A DNA stretch of 64,000 nucleotides from Chrysomallon squamiferum (GCA_012295275.1 CM022669.1:12462001-12526000); one strand, 5' to 3'. Shown: positions 28,633-44,171, numbered from the stretch's first letter. The notes: generated from the letters alone by a model not told the origin. A program made the numbers and translations.

Positions 28633-28838
28633 GGCACATTATGATGACTAGATAAATTTTTTTATTTTTTATCCCTGACCAAAAATATAGTTTTTTGGTA
28701 CAGAACTATTTTTATTTGTATATTTTACCTGTTACTTAAACACACATACACATGTGTTCTGTGTGTGTGTGTGTGTGTGTATGTTACTGAAAACAAAAAA
28801 ATAAAATAAAGAAATTTATCTAGTCATCATATCTTGCC
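28633..28838. mobile_element. MITE-like element, ~205 bp with ~35-40 bp terminal inverted repeats
   Basis: The left end ggcacattatgatgactagataaattttttta is the near reverse complement of the right end taaagaaatttatctagtcatcatatcttgcc. Confidence 0.65.
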
Positions 28839-29786
28839 ACTATTTATATTAATTACGTGTTAAATAAACACTCTTTGTAACAAAATTTGTACAATATTAA
28901 CTAAGATGTGTTGCTATGTTTATTGTTCCATTAATAAACATTTTGTAGCCAGTGACATAACTACTTCTGATTAATGGAATGTGATGCTATTCTTCTACTT
29001 AAAATTCATTATCTTCTGACATAATTACTGGTGAATGGAAAAGGTTTGTTTAAAAATACACATTCCAGAAGAAGCGATATAATCATTGCTGATCAAGAGA
29101 ATGCACCATTTTGGTTTTAATTAACATTCTGAATTATCTGAGATAATTAATACTGACTGAATGATTAGTGGGTACAAATATCTCTAAAATGATGATGATA
29201 ATAATAATAAAAAAAAAATTAATAATAATACACCAAAAAAAATTAATAATAATAATCATCATCATCATCATTATAATGATATAAACAAACAAACATTAAA
29301 AAAATAAATGAATTATTATTTAAAGAAGAAGAAAAAGAAGAAGAAGAAGAAAAAGAAGAAGAGGAAGAAGAAGACATAGAAGAATGGAATAAAATAAACG
29401 TTTGTTTCGCGTTATTTCAACAAACATATCTTAATCTATTTACGTAAGCACTGCATCTGTACGTGAAGAACTTGTGGGTTACACTGACCTGCTGGCAAAT
29501 TCCGGAAGTGAGCGTATTTTTGTTTGAATGTCAGAAACAACTATGTTGAATGAAATCAACTGTTTTGCTTGTCATTCAGTGCAGTATCGCTTGGCAAGGA
29601 ATGCCAAACCATAACTTGATAGGTTGGGCCTGTTTCATTGGAATAAACATCGATTAATAGGAATAGATTGTGCCCAGTGCTGTCTGTATTATTTTTATAT
29701 TATTATTATCATTAGGTCTACTTCTTTTCTATTTATATATATATATATATATACACAAAAAAAAAAAAAAAAAAAAAAAAAATAAA

Positions 29787-29818
<32 letters not shown>

Positions 29819-31115
29819 TAATCTTATTCTGATTATTAATGTCAAACCTAACTTTCATAATTTAGTTTCTATACTAAAAATACGTGTCCACTGTCTGCAT
29901 CTGAAATGCAAAATATATTTTGTTTTATTTCTTGCTGCATTCATATGCAAAGATTTATCCCTTCCTGTTTATTTGATACTGCTTAATTATACTAATGAGT
30001 AGCAAATTTATATGGTGTGAGATCATATTTTTCTTCTTCTGACTTTTTGTTTCCTTTCCAAAAATTCAAAATTTCAGTGGAATAATAATGTGTTACTTAA
30101 ATATTGTCATTTCTAGCAGATGAAGAACCAGAATGTCATAGAAAGTTCCCTATATATTTTTTGTTTCTTCTTCTTAATAAAATAAACAAATAAATAAATA
30201 TTACTTAATAGTTTTTTTCCAGTCTTACCATTAATTATTACCATCCAAAGAATTTAATGTTTATACATATTACAGACATACACTTATGCTTTTCATAAAC
30301 TGACCATAATTCATATAGATCTTCTGACTACAATTTAATTAATTGTATAACCAGTTTGACAATTATGATCAATGCAAACCTTTTTGTTGGTTCTGCATTG
30401 AAAACTTTATGAACACAATGCACTGCAGTGAGCATAATTTTATCAACATAACTTGGGATTATGCAACATTGGTCAAGAGTCATTTATAGTTAAATTCTAA
30501 TATACATAGGGAAAAAACAATGTAAAAAAATAAATGATGAAAACTGATTTTACTATGATACCTTTGTCAGTAAAACCACACTTGCAATGATAACATAGAA
30601 TTATGCAACAAGCTTTATTTATAGTTAAATAATAGATTGCACAGCAAAATGAAAAAAATGATGGAAACAGATTCTGCTATAAACAAATTATTCAGCATAG
30701 CATTTGACAATTATTTAAAGCTCAATAATAATTTACAAAGTAAAGAACAAATAATAAAAAAATCATTAATTCTACTTAAACAAACTTTATCAATAATATT
30801 AATTATTTTCAGTAACAGTGTGGAATTATTTAACGTAAATGTACTGGTAGTCTGGGGCTGTTCTCTTACGAAAGATTCAGAACCCTAATTCAAGAGGGCC
30901 CCAGAAGCGCCTTTAGTCGACTTTTCTTTTGAACTGTAATCAAAATCTGAGATGTGTCTAATTTTTTAAAACCAGTCATGGAACATTCGTTACATTGCCA
31001 CAAAAGATGATAAAAGTAGTTACCCTGATCTCGTTGTTGCTTGCAAAAGGCCCCCAGAATGGTTCAACCTTCAGGACAACAAAAGTGAAGTCCGCCATTG
31101 CTGGTAGTACTACTA

Positions 31116-31164
<49 letters not shown>

Positions 31165-32058
31165 CAAAAGGTTACTCTGGAAAGAAATAACAAATGAAAA
31201 TCATTCATTCCACAACATAGAAAAAAAAAGAAGAAAAAAACCTCAGAAATATTACTGATTTTGGTTAAAACGGAATTACGTAACAAATAAAATACTTGTA
31301 GTACGAACATCGTTTAAGGCAACATTAAAAAAAAGAGTTGAACAATAGCTTATTTGGGAAAGACAGAAAAGAAAATAAATAACAGAAACTCATTCATTGA
31401 ACAAAAACACGTACACCGGTAGTAGAAACACAGTTTAAAGCGTCATTAAAGACTAAAACAATAGTCCAGTAATGTGATGCTAGCAGACTTCACCTAACCG
31501 CGTTATTGTTGAGGTGGAGTGGGAGGCGGATGTCATTATCACATTCAAGTGTTTTTCGCTCTTTAAGTCGTGAATTTACGTCTTAGAAATCGGATGAAAA
31601 CAGCAACAGATGACGAAAATGGCGTTGCTCATTCTCAAAAGGAATTGAAATATTTTGATACATCCAGCTGATTACACGTTTCCTGTAATGATGATTATTT
31701 TTTTAATTATGTTCATTTTAGATTTATGTTTTAGACAGGAAACGAAAAGGAAAGAAAGAAGAAAGTAACAACAACAACAAGATCAACAGAAAACCTCCAA
31801 AATGACATACATTATATGCTTCTTTCTCAGGAGAAATTGAAATGTTTAGTTTTAAACTGAATTACAAAGAATAAAAGAAAGATGAAAACACAAATGATGA
31901 AAATCATATGTTTTGAATTAGTTCTGGACGGAAAAGTGAATAAAAGACATTTAACAATTCAGCTAACTGAACTAAAGCCCCTCTTAAAAAAAAAAAAAAA
32001 AAAACGGAAAATAAATTACTCCAGAAACCCAACAAAAAACCGCAACAACAACAAAACC

Positions 32059-32095
<37 letters not shown>

Positions 32096-32524
32096 TCTTT
32101 AAAAATTATATACAATGGTGGTGCATTTAAAATTATTCATATTAATGAACCCAAAAATTGTTATAATTAAATCAGTTTATATTTTTTTCTCATACATTTG
32201 TCATTTTTTCTATCATTTATCACTGTTCTCTATGGTTGTTCATTGAAAAATAATTAATTTTCATACCTTCATATTTCAATATTTTTTTAAACATAATTTT
32301 GCCATTTATTCATTTAAAATTAACTCTTTTTTTCTGAATATATGTTGATAAAAATAATTTTCAATTATAAATCAAAAACTGTCATATAAATGATTTAAAA
32401 AAAAAAAAAAAAAAAAAATTTTTTATTTTTGATCAAATATTAAATTATTATTATTATTATTATTATTATTTTTTTATAAGTGTCAAAAATGATATAATAT
32501 TATAATAATGTAAGCTTAATGTCT

Positions 32525-32735
32525 CCAGCAGTAAAGGGTTCTTTTACATTCAGTATCTGAGGGATAGGATAGCACATTTACTGAAACCAGTGATACACCA
32601 GAGAAACGAGAGCAAGGAATTTTTTTTATATCCAATCTCTCAAAAGATGGGACAACACGTGTCATGGTCTTTATCATGCCTTCCATACCTAGTGGCTGAA
32701 ATATAAAGAATTCTAATACTTACACCAATGGGACA
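32525..32735 (-). mobile_element. Degenerate SINE core fragments (MetaSINE/gastropod SINE-like)
   Basis: The reverse complement contains tgtgctatcctatc...gaatgtaaaagaaccctttactgctg, similar to the copies at ~42830 and ~54230. Family assignment is from memory of the core GGTATGTGCTATCCTGTCTGTGGGATGGTGCATATAAAAGATCCCTTGCTGCT. Confidence 0.45.
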
Positions 32736-33329
32736 AAAGCCTTTAACCTCACACTTTTAATGATGCATTTTAGAATTGTGTAGCAGTTTCAGAATGTTGC
32801 ACAGAAATTTATAATGTAATAATGAATAAAATATTTGCTGTACACTATGTTTGATATTAATTTCTTTTTCTTTTCTGTTATTTTTTTCTTCTTCATCATC
32901 ATCTTCTTCTTATTCTTCTGCTTCTACTTTTCATTATTATTATTTTTATTATTTTTTAATTTTGTTTTTCTTTATCATCATCATCATCATCATCTTATTA
33001 TTATTATTATATTTTTCTTCTACTTATTATTATTATTAATTTTTTTTTTCTCCTTCTTTTAAAAAGAATAGCTTATTGACATGTAACATATTAGTAATTC
33101 GAGGATGGTCTCTGACCCATTGCTGAATCACTGATAAAACATGAGTAATGGTGTAGTCTGTGACAGATGTTGAAACATTCATTCTTTCATCAGGTTTGAG
33201 AAAACAGAAGAGAAAGAATGAAAATGGGATGGTGATCGTTCACAGATACCAAGCTGTACATTTTTCAACAGATGTTTAGCATGCCAGGAAGTGGGGAGGA
33301 ACTAACTGTAATAAGTTCTAGGAGTTGAG

Positions 33330-33332
<3 letters not shown>

Positions 33333-33415
<83 letters not shown>

Positions 33416-33424
33416 AGGGGGAGG

Positions 33425-33471
<47 letters not shown>

Positions 33472-33500
33472 TAAATATATATAGAGAGAGAGAGAGAATG
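33333..33500 (+). repeat. (GA)n microsatellite
   Basis: Long perfect GA tract. Similar (CT)n, (CA)n, (TA)n and (ATT)n tracts occur throughout, e.g. 7815-7960, 11415-11480, 34897-34991, 36878-37002, 39850-39910, 44178-44243, 47074-47185 and 50270-50580. Confidence 0.95.
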
Positions 33501-34893
33501 AATGTGTTTGAAAGACCGACAAAGACCTTGGGTATGATACAGATGAGAGTATTATATATTAAGCAACAAATAAACAAATATTAATTTACTTTATATATAT
33601 TCAGAAACTTTAACGGAAGCTCACTTTGTATTAATTTAGAAATAGCAATTTTCATATTCAGAAATTAACAAAATGATATAACAAATTTACATTCTACACA
33701 AATGAAATTTTATGTTAATAAAAATGCATTAATTAATAATAAAATGCAATTGTATAATACTCTAAACTATTTAAATTAACAATAATAGTAATAAAAACAT
33801 AAATTTGGTAAAAAGAAAGGTAATCTGAATTAAATTTCAGTGACACATACACACAAAAAAAATATATATATTTCATATAAATTGCATAGATATTTTATGA
33901 TAAAATTTTATTCACTGTATTTCAGATATATAATATTAATTTTAATTAACAATTATAAATAATTATTACTGATAAATAAGCTTTTAACATATAGAAATAT
34001 TTTTTCTGGTTTTGGAGGTGTTTGGTTTTAAAAATATGTTTTGGCATGTTTTGGCTGTCCTCATTACTTGTTCACAAGAATTTCTTTTAAAATTCTTGTG
34101 TTGTTTTTAATGTGAAATCATGTCTGCATAAACTTAACACAATCCTCAACAAAAAACTGTAGATTTAAAAAAGAGTAAAAAGTATACTAATAATAAAAAA
34201 CTCCAGTAATAATAATAATTAATAATAATAATTCAAATTACAATAAAATAAATAAATAAATATATAATTAAAAAATGAAGTAAAATAAAAGTACGAATAA
34301 ATTTGAATTAAAAAAGAAAAAAATGTTTAATATTCCTTTTTTTTTTCTTTTTTTTAAATTTTCATTCATTTTCTTTCTTTTTCTTTTTTTTTTTTTGTTT
34401 TTGTTCTCAATAACTCCAAAAAAAGTATGCCTTTTCTACCTCCAGTAAAAAAAGACTTCAAAGATGAACTGAGTGCACAAACATAAATTTTCTTTCTCAA
34501 GAAAGAGGTAACAAGACACTAGAACTGGTTTTGTTACTGGATCTTGCTGATTCTAATTAATCATTGCTTAAATACTTCATTGATAGTTTATGCCTCTTTA
34601 ATTTCCTCCCATTAGGAGCGTGTCACAAAAACCAGTATCACTTCTGTGACCCAGCAGTGATGGTGTATAAATTGTTTTGTTGTTATTGTTATTTGAAACT
34701 GTGGGGTATTTTGTTTAGCATATTCTGTTTCTTTTTTTTTCTTTTATATTGTCTTTATAAAAAAACAACAATAAAAAAACAGAGTAAATTATGTGCACAA
34801 AAATCTGTGAAAATGTATATGCTTGAGATTCAGAGAGAGAGAGTATGAATGAATGCATATATGTGGTTTTTTTTGTGCAATGGCAAAAGTGGA

Positions 34894-34996
<103 letters not shown>

Positions 34997-36874
34997 TCCC
35001 TATCTCTTTTTCCCAGTTCTGTCTCTATCTATCTCTCCATCCTCTTTACCTGTCTCTCTTTCTCCTTCAGTTTCTCTCTCTCTTCTCTATCAAAAGCAGC
35101 ATAATAAATTAGCACAACTCTGCTGTTTAATTATACACATGTAAATGGACTCCTTAACCTGCACAAGTTTTAATAAAGTCTGCTAATCCCTATATGTTAT
35201 ACGATAACCACATCTTCAAGATAAATTATGTTACTATTATCTTTGCATTTGCATTATGTGATGACTTAAGTGCAGTCCCTTTGATACATAATCTATGGCA
35301 TGGTTTCCCAACAATAGGAATTTAGTCAGGTGTTAAATCTGGGATAATCTCTTTTGGATTATAAACAACCAGGGATTTCTAAGCCTAGAACAGATAATAC
35401 ATCAATCACTGTTGAGGGTAATCTCAGGTACTTTGATGTTGACAAACCATTCATCTTTTGTATTTTAATGTTTCAGACTTAACAAATTGTTCTCTTAATT
35501 TTAATATTTAAAAATGAATTACCTCAGATAATAATAAATTTGATATATATTTGAAATATAAATTTGATAGTATGAATATGGGTTAAAATAAACTGAGAGG
35601 GAGAGAGAGAGACAGAGAGAGAGAGATAGAGAGTCAGACAGAAAGAGAGAGAGAAAAGCAAAAAAAAAGAAACTGATAGAGAGACAAAAAAATAAAAGAG
35701 AGAGAAACAGAGGAGAGAGAGAGAGATAGAAGAGTTTGCAGTGCACATATATATGATACAGATACTGTTTTACTCATGTTTTTTTTAAAATTTATAATTA
35801 ATAAATTTAAATAATGGCTTAATTTTTCTCTCTTTCTACCTAGCTCTCCCTTTTTCGTTGTGAAAAGGTTAAACATCTAAATTTATAACGATATGTGCAT
35901 TGTCTTGCTTGAGCCTCCTATTCTGATCAGACTTGAACCGTGTACTTGGTTATTATATCAAAACAGAACAAAATATGTAATTAAAAAAATGGTCACAAGA
36001 GACAGAGAGAGAGACACAACTTGTGGATTATAATTTGAAAATAAATAACAAAATACTTAATTAAAAACAATCAAAATAGAATATCAGCAACTTACAGTTT
36101 TATAACAAACAAATAAAGCACAAATTAAAAATGCATCTCACATAAATTATACATCATATTTGATTTTAATTCAAAAATAAATAACTGAATACTAAATTTT
36201 AATATGATATGTTATTGAATTATAATTTTTAAATTAATAGTCAGATATTTAATTAAAAAATGGACTGCACATTTGTTATTATAACCTGTGTTTTTTTTTG
36301 TATGAGATAAATACCTCACATATTTAGTAATATTTATTAATTGTAACTGAATAATAACTGCTGACAGTTATAGAAAGGCACGTAAACATGTTATAAGAAC
36401 TATTGAAAATACACTGCAATAGACATTTGTAATAGGTGTATTTATAGAAATAATCAGTGACAAACAGACACACAGACAAACATACAGAGAGATCCATATG
36501 CAAACATTAAAATATGTAACAGACACATACATACAAACATAAATACAAACATATTCACATATGTATGTGCATATGTATAGGTGTGTATGTGTGTGTATAT
36601 AAGTGTGTATGTGTGTATGTATATATGTGTGTATGTGTGTATGTATGTATATATGTATATAAACACTTTTTTTTAGGTATGTACGTATGAACTGAAATAA
36701 ATCACATTGTACTGTCATTATTAAAATGGCTTACATACTGGAATGCATTCTCTTTTCAGATTAAGTTTTTCTCACTTACAGATTACTGCACTCATAAGAA
36801 GTGTTTCTTTCACCTATGGCATTTTGTTTGTGTCATACATACAGTATTTCACACCTTGACACAGTCATGTGGCT

Positions 36875-36917
<43 letters not shown>

Positions 36918-36918
36918 G

Positions 36919-36992
<74 letters not shown>

Positions 36993-37936
36993 TGTGTGTG
37001 TGTTTTTTTTTTTTCTTAAGATATAAAATAAGTTCTGGATTACAACACTGTTTACAATTTTAAAGAGGACAGGTATGCCTGCAATCTGTATACTTGTCAT
37101 TCATTCATTCCTGAAGCTGCAGGGGGTAAAGTAATTCACTCCCCCTTGTCTAAATCACCCTGGGGCAATGCACAAACAGCTGACAAACAGTGGGAAACAT
37201 CTGAAGAATGATGTGGGACAATTGTTTTGATTTAAAATCTACAGAGGAATGAGAAAATACCACAAAAAAAATATAAAAAATGAAATGTATATATTAATTT
37301 GGAAGTAGATAAATTATTATAACACTCCAGTGTATCTGAAGAGTAAAAATATTTTTCACCCAGACTTATCACTATTAACTGCTTCTTCTTAATGGATTTA
37401 GAAATTGTTCTCTTTGATAGTTCTTTTATCAGCTAAGATTATGTGTATATATACACATTTAATTTAATTATTTCATTTATATATTTTTTCATTTAATATT
37501 TCCAATATATTTTTATTTTCTTAATTTAATTATTAGTACATTTTCTTTTTCATTTAATAATTTCAACATCTTGATTTTTAAAATTTTATAATTCTAATAT
37601 ATATATATATATATTTTATCTTAAGACTTTGATATATTTATCTATTTAATTTACTATTCCGGTAAAGAGTTTTTATTTTCAAATTTAATTATTATTAACT
37701 TGGGTTTTTTTTCTTTCTTTTTTTTTCGCTATTAATAGGTGTGAATATATCTATAAATGTGTGTATATTGGTTGAGAAATGAGCAAGCAGTGAAATACAG
37801 TTATTCCAGTGTGTGGATTAACTCACAGAAGTGAGTGGGAGGCTTGTCTGCTATTACTACTACTGCTCTCTCTGTGTTTCTCGCGTTTGGTCTCACAGCG
37901 CACTTTTCTAAAGACTGGATATAAACCTGTCTCTCC

Positions 37937-38129
37937 ATGATGTCTTATTTCAAAGCTCTTACATTCGTATTAATATTACAGGTAAGAATTTTAATTTCTT
38001 GTAATTGTATTATTAGTAGTATTATTATTATTATTACTATTACATGTGAGATTTTTGTTGATTTTAATGTTACTGTATTTGTGATTAATACTACTAATAT
38101 TGCAGGTAATAATTTTAATTTCTTGTATT

Positions 38130-38173
<44 letters not shown>

Positions 38174-38951
38174 ATGTGAGATTTTTGTTGATATTAATTT
38201 ACTGTATTTGTAATATTGCAGGCAATAATTATAATTACTTATATTTGTATTCATACTGCATGCAATAACTATAATTTCTTATATTTGTACTCATCTTGCA
38301 GACAATAATTATAATTACTTATATTTGTTTTAATACTGTAGGCAATTTTTTGATTAATTTTAGTTATTTATATTTATATTAACTGCAGGCAAGACTTTTT
38401 TTTGGTTATAATTACTTATATTTGTAGTAATACAGTGGCATAAATTTTTATTTTTGTTCTTATTGACATTATGAAGTTTGTTAACTTTAATTCCTTATAT
38501 TCGAATTAATACTGTAAATAAGAATTTCATTTAAAAGCTTTTAATATTAAAGATGAGAATTTGTTTTTAATTTAATATTATATTTTTGTATGCTTGACAT
38601 ATCTGTTTTTTTAAGCATGTAGAATTTTATTTATTCTTGTTACTGTTATCATTATTATTACTGTTATATTTTTAATTTGAACATATTATGCCTATTGTTA
38701 TCTAAAACTGCTTTGCTTTGTATGTCATTATGAGGCATTTATTTATATTTACAAAATATAATAATGGTAATTGAAAACATGAAGAAAACACAAATATGTA
38801 CTTATTTCAGTAATCATAACTGCTAAATATATTTATTAAACGTTTGATATTTATTTTATAATTTATTGAGAAATTTATTTGTTATTCAGTATCTGAGGAA
38901 TATCAAATAAAACAATAAGAAACAAACAATAAAAAATAAAAGAATGGAAAA

Positions 38952-38989
<38 letters not shown>

Positions 38990-39845
38990 TAAGCATGCAT
39001 ATACACATGCATTCAAACTTACACACAACATATCCACATAAACACAGACACATACACACACACTATTACATCTCTCTCTCTCTCTCTCTCAGTCTCGTAC
39101 CTGCACCCACACATTCTCACCCACTCAGTGATAAATACAAATATAACATTTCTAAGAAATAAAAGTGTGATTAAAAAAGTTTTATTATCACTGCACTATC
39201 AGTGTTAAATGTTAATAGCTGGTGTAGAAGTAAACACTGCAGTGGAGTGTGAGCTCGGCAGTGGTCCTGAAACGTGATGCAAGGTGTTAGTCTCATAAGG
39301 TCATTCAGTTAATGCTTCCAAGTCCAAGGTTAATCTCTGCTAAAAAAAATAAAAAAGTCATGTGTGGTGTGTGTTGCCTTGTCACTGTGTTATTCCTTTC
39401 TTCATGTTCTTTCTACCTTTTAGTCCCATTTTTTTCTTCTCTCAATCCATCTCTTCGACCATTTTTTGTAGAAATGTGTATTTGTTTGTGTGTGTATGTA
39501 TGTGTGTGCGTGTGTGTGTTCATTCATGTATATATGTCTGTGTGTTTGTATATTCACATGCATGTTTGTGAGTGTGTATGTATATATGTATGTAAATGTA
39601 TATGTGCACATGTGTATATATAATGTATGTATGTATGTATGAACATATGTGTGAATGTGTGTGTGTGTGTGTACTTGTGTTTGTGTGTATACATGCATGT
39701 GTATATTTATGTGTGTATTTTTATGTGCATGTGTGAATGTGCATGAATGTATGTATACACATATACCTAGGTTTGTATGTATCTATGCATATGGGTATGT
39801 ATGTATGTTTGAATGCATTAATGTATGTATATATTTGTATGTATA

Positions 39846-39915
<70 letters not shown>

Positions 39916-40040
39916 TAACAATCAATGTTTGTGAGTTGGTGCAAATACGCATGTATGTGTAGATGTTTAGATATAGATATCAATATGTGTGTATGTATGT
40001 ATGCATGTATGAATGTATGTATGTATAACTATCTGTCTAT

Positions 40041-40079
<39 letters not shown>

Positions 40080-40594
40080 TATGTGTGATTGTGTGTGTGT
40101 GTGTGTGAGTATGTGTGTGTGTCTGTGTGTCTATTATAAAATACTCACTTTTATGTTACTTTATTGAACCCACTGCATGTTATTCGAAATAGCACTTGTG
40201 GTATTATTTTGTTCAGTTATGTAAACTATGTGCTCTTCATATCTGTTACATTCTGTATAGCTTATAGAATATCATGTACTCACTTATTACATTATGCAAC
40301 ACCTGTGATTTATACAGCTCATTTTACTCATTGTGTATTATATCAATAGCTCACTGTATATTATATCAATTTTCTCTCTGCATGTAATATCAGTTTGCTC
40401 AGTGTATGTCACTGTATGTTTTATGATTCTGATCACTGTGTGTTGTATTATTTAGTCAGTGTTTGTTATATAATTTATATTTTTTCTTTTAATATTCAGT
40501 TTTATGTAAATAATGTTCTAAGTAAGCACTTTATGTTATTTATTATGTGTGCATATTGGTGATGTATATATTTATATTTATATAGATATACAGA

Positions 40595-40647
<53 letters not shown>

Positions 40648-41825
40648 GTATGTATGTATGTATCTATTTATGTATGTATGTATCTATGTATGTATGTATG
40701 TATGCATGTATGTATGTGTATATCTATATCTGTATCTCAGTAAATGTATGTATATATGTATATTTGTCTAACCCAGATACAAACATATACATATTTATAG
40801 ACATATACAAGTTTATGCTAAAGCTATAGCAGAACTTTTTAAAGTTTCTTTCATTCTTTATTCCTTCTCTCCTTTCTTCACTCTCTTTCTCTCTTTTAGC
40901 CCAACTTTCTTTTCTTCTCTCAATCCATCTCTTCAACCCTTTTTTTTTTTTTCACACACTGAAATTCCAGTCATAGCTATTTTTTTTTTTTTTTTTTTCC
41001 ATAAAAAAGACCACAACAATAAAAGACAGCGAAATATATATATATGTTAATCTTAATCGTATTAGTTGACCACCAGTGTGGACTGATCCCATGACCCGTG
41101 GCATCCCAGGTTTACACTGGACTGCTGGGATAAACCATGGTATCACACACTGGAGCTTACTTGTGCATGAAAGCGAGCAGAGCTTTCTTTTGTACCAATA
41201 AAATAGGATTTAGTATGTGTGAAGCCAGGCAAGTAATTCAACATAAGAGGATAAGCAGAGCCCAATATTGAAGGAATTATGCAGAAAGAACTGTGAGGGC
41301 TTGAGTGTCATAACAAACAAACCTTTCTGTTCATATATTTGTAATATGCTGTAGTGCAATGGTTTCTGTTTGAATAATGCCAGATATTATTATTTTTTTT
41401 TTCTTCAGAAAATAGCTCACTGTGTTGATGTAGGCATAGTGTATATGCACCTGGTAATACAGAGGTGTATTTATATCTAGCAATATCGATATATACTTAT
41501 ATCTAGTAATATAGATATGCACTAATATCTGCTAATATGTACTTATACCTGGTAATATATATATATATATACATATATGTACTTATATCTGGTAATACAG
41601 ATATGTACTTATATCTAATAATACAGAAATGTACTTATATCTGGTAAATTAAAGATGTACCTGTATCTGGTAATACAGAAGTGTACTTATATCTAGTAGT
41701 ATAGATATGTACTTACATCTGGAATACAGAAGTGTGGTTATATTTGGTAAAAACATAGAAATGTACATCCATTTGATAATACATAGATATGTATTTATTA
41801 CTGAAATATGTAGATATGAACAGAT

Positions 41826-41874
<49 letters not shown>

Positions 41875-44171
41875 TATGTCTCTGGTAAATTGAAGTACAA
41901 TAAATTAGATAATACTAAAGTTTTATGTTGTGGAATTTGTCTCATTTTGATACTACAATGGGTGTGGCAGTAATAATAAAAGTAGTAACGTTAGAAGTAG
42001 CATGGTAATAGTTTTAATAGTAAATATAGCAATATTAGTAGCAGTGGTATTAGTAATATTAGTCATGTTAGAAGTAGTAGTAGAAATAGTAGAAACAGTA
42101 GTAGCAGTAGGTATAACAGTAATGTAGTAGTAGAGCAGAAATAGCAGGCAGTAGTAACAGTAATAGTAGTGGTTCTAATAGTGATAGTAGAAATGTAGTA
42201 GTAGTAGTAGATATAGTTGTACTAATAATAGTTGTGGTAGTAGTAGCAGCAGCAACAGTAGTAGTTATAATAGCTGTAGTAGTAGTAGAGTAGTCACAGT
42301 AGCATAAGTAATAGAAGTAATTGTAATAGTAGTAGCTGTTGTTGTTTAGCAATAGTGGCAGTAGTAGAAATAGTAAATATAGTAGATGAACAAGTGCATA
42401 CCAGCATCTTTACAAAAACAAGGGTGGAGTCTTAATGTGTGGCCTGGTCTGTCTCCCATATCAAACTCTGTTACAAATATTGTTTTAACCAGCTTTCATC
42501 ACATGTAATAATATCTGTACTAGCCAACTTAACATGTTTTAATAATCATATGCTTATAGTTAACCTTATTTATACAGGTAATATATAACACTTGCCTATA
42601 CAGGTGGTGTTTATGTGACTGAAGTAACTGATCCAAGCTTTTTTTTAATGGTGAGAGCCAACAAAAATTATTTTTTGACCTTTAGGTTATCACATAATAC
42701 AGAGATTTAAATTAGTGGATTTTTTTGATCAGTTCATTGTAGAGGTATTGTTTATGATTTTTATAGTATAGCTGGTAATGGCTTATGGCTTCCTGCCTGT
42801 GAAATAGAGAACATTACATCTATGTGTTTCTCATTCAAATCAGTGCTACAGGACTAGCTAATAAAAGGCTATGATGATGTATGTTCCCCTGTGTATGAGT
42901 AGGTGCATATGAAAGATCATTTGCTGCTAAGGAATAACAGTAGCTAGCTCTTGCTTTTGTGGCAGTGGGTTTCCATTGTATATTTTGTACTTTACACAAC
43001 TGTTTTGTTCAATTCCATAAATTCTGTGTTCTATTTCTTTCCTTCACTGTTGTTCTTTCATCACTTTTTTGTTTATCTTTATTATTTCATTCTTACATCT
43101 TTTTTCTTTATCTTTGTTTCTCTTATATTTATTCATCCTTATTTCTTTTCTCCTTCCTTTCTTGTTTTTGTTCATCTTAAGTCTTTTTTCCTTATCTTCT
43201 TCTTTCTTTTATTTTCCTTCTTGTTTTGTCTTTTTATTTTCTTTCTTTTTATATTTTCTCTTTTCATATTTCTTTTTTCTTTCTCTTTCATTTGTCTTTC
43301 TTTCTTTTGTCTTTTATTTCTTCATATTAGTTTTCACTTTCTTTCTCTCTCTCTTTTTCATATTTCTTTCTCATATTCATGTTCTCTTGCTTTCATTCTT
43401 TTGCCATCTTTTCTCTGGTCATTCTTCCTTATTTTTTCTCCCTTTTTCTTTCTAATTCATTTTTAAAATCTTTTATTTATCTGTTTCCTTTAACATGGGT
43501 TATTCTGACAGCTACTTATCTTTATCTCTGCCTCATTATCAGATTTCTCAGTTGTTCTGTGTTAAACATCTGTTACAACATCTGAAACATTCCATGTAAT
43601 TTGATGCAGATGCACAGTTATGAAGTCTCTGCTTAAGAAGGACAAACAGTTGAAAGCTTTTGATGCACTTCTATTTAAAATATGTCTTTCATCTGTGGCA
43701 TTAAATAATTTAAAATAACTGTCAAAAACAAAACTGAAAGAAAGGATGATAAACATGTTTCAGATATTTGTTGTCAAAAATTGTTTGTTATTAATTTGTA
43801 TTGCTCATTTGGTGCAAAACACATTTTTTTCTTTCGTTCCTTTTCTTTCCTTCTTTTTGTTCATTCATTTGTTGGTTTTTCTTTTTCATTCATTTCAGTT
43901 TTATATGTAGTTACTGCTTTTTGTAAAATTACAATGTGAAGTATAATTCATTCTGTAAGTAATGTGTATTGAATGAAACATAAATTGCTTCTTGTATACA
44001 TATGTATGTTTAATACTGTTTGTCTTTATATATGGTATATGGTGCATGAACAGATATAGAAACAGACAGACAGATGGACACATGCTCACATGTTCTCTCT
44101 TTCTCTCACTCACAGACACAAATAAATACCTAAGTGTATGTGATGTTGTGTGCATGTGTGAGATACAAATA

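Noticed and set aside
28641-28678. ATGATGA...CTGA resembling C/D box snoRNA motifs
   Set aside because: Spacing is too short and AT-only; the C-box-like sequence is part of the MITE inverted repeat.
30850-31110. GC-richer patch with ORFs 30976-31167/30995-31258 (also patches at 26120-26290, 41060-41160, 47330-47500)
   Set aside because: These look like decayed MITE/SINE remnants (e.g. end tccgccattg); there is no coding signal and they are too degenerate to classify.
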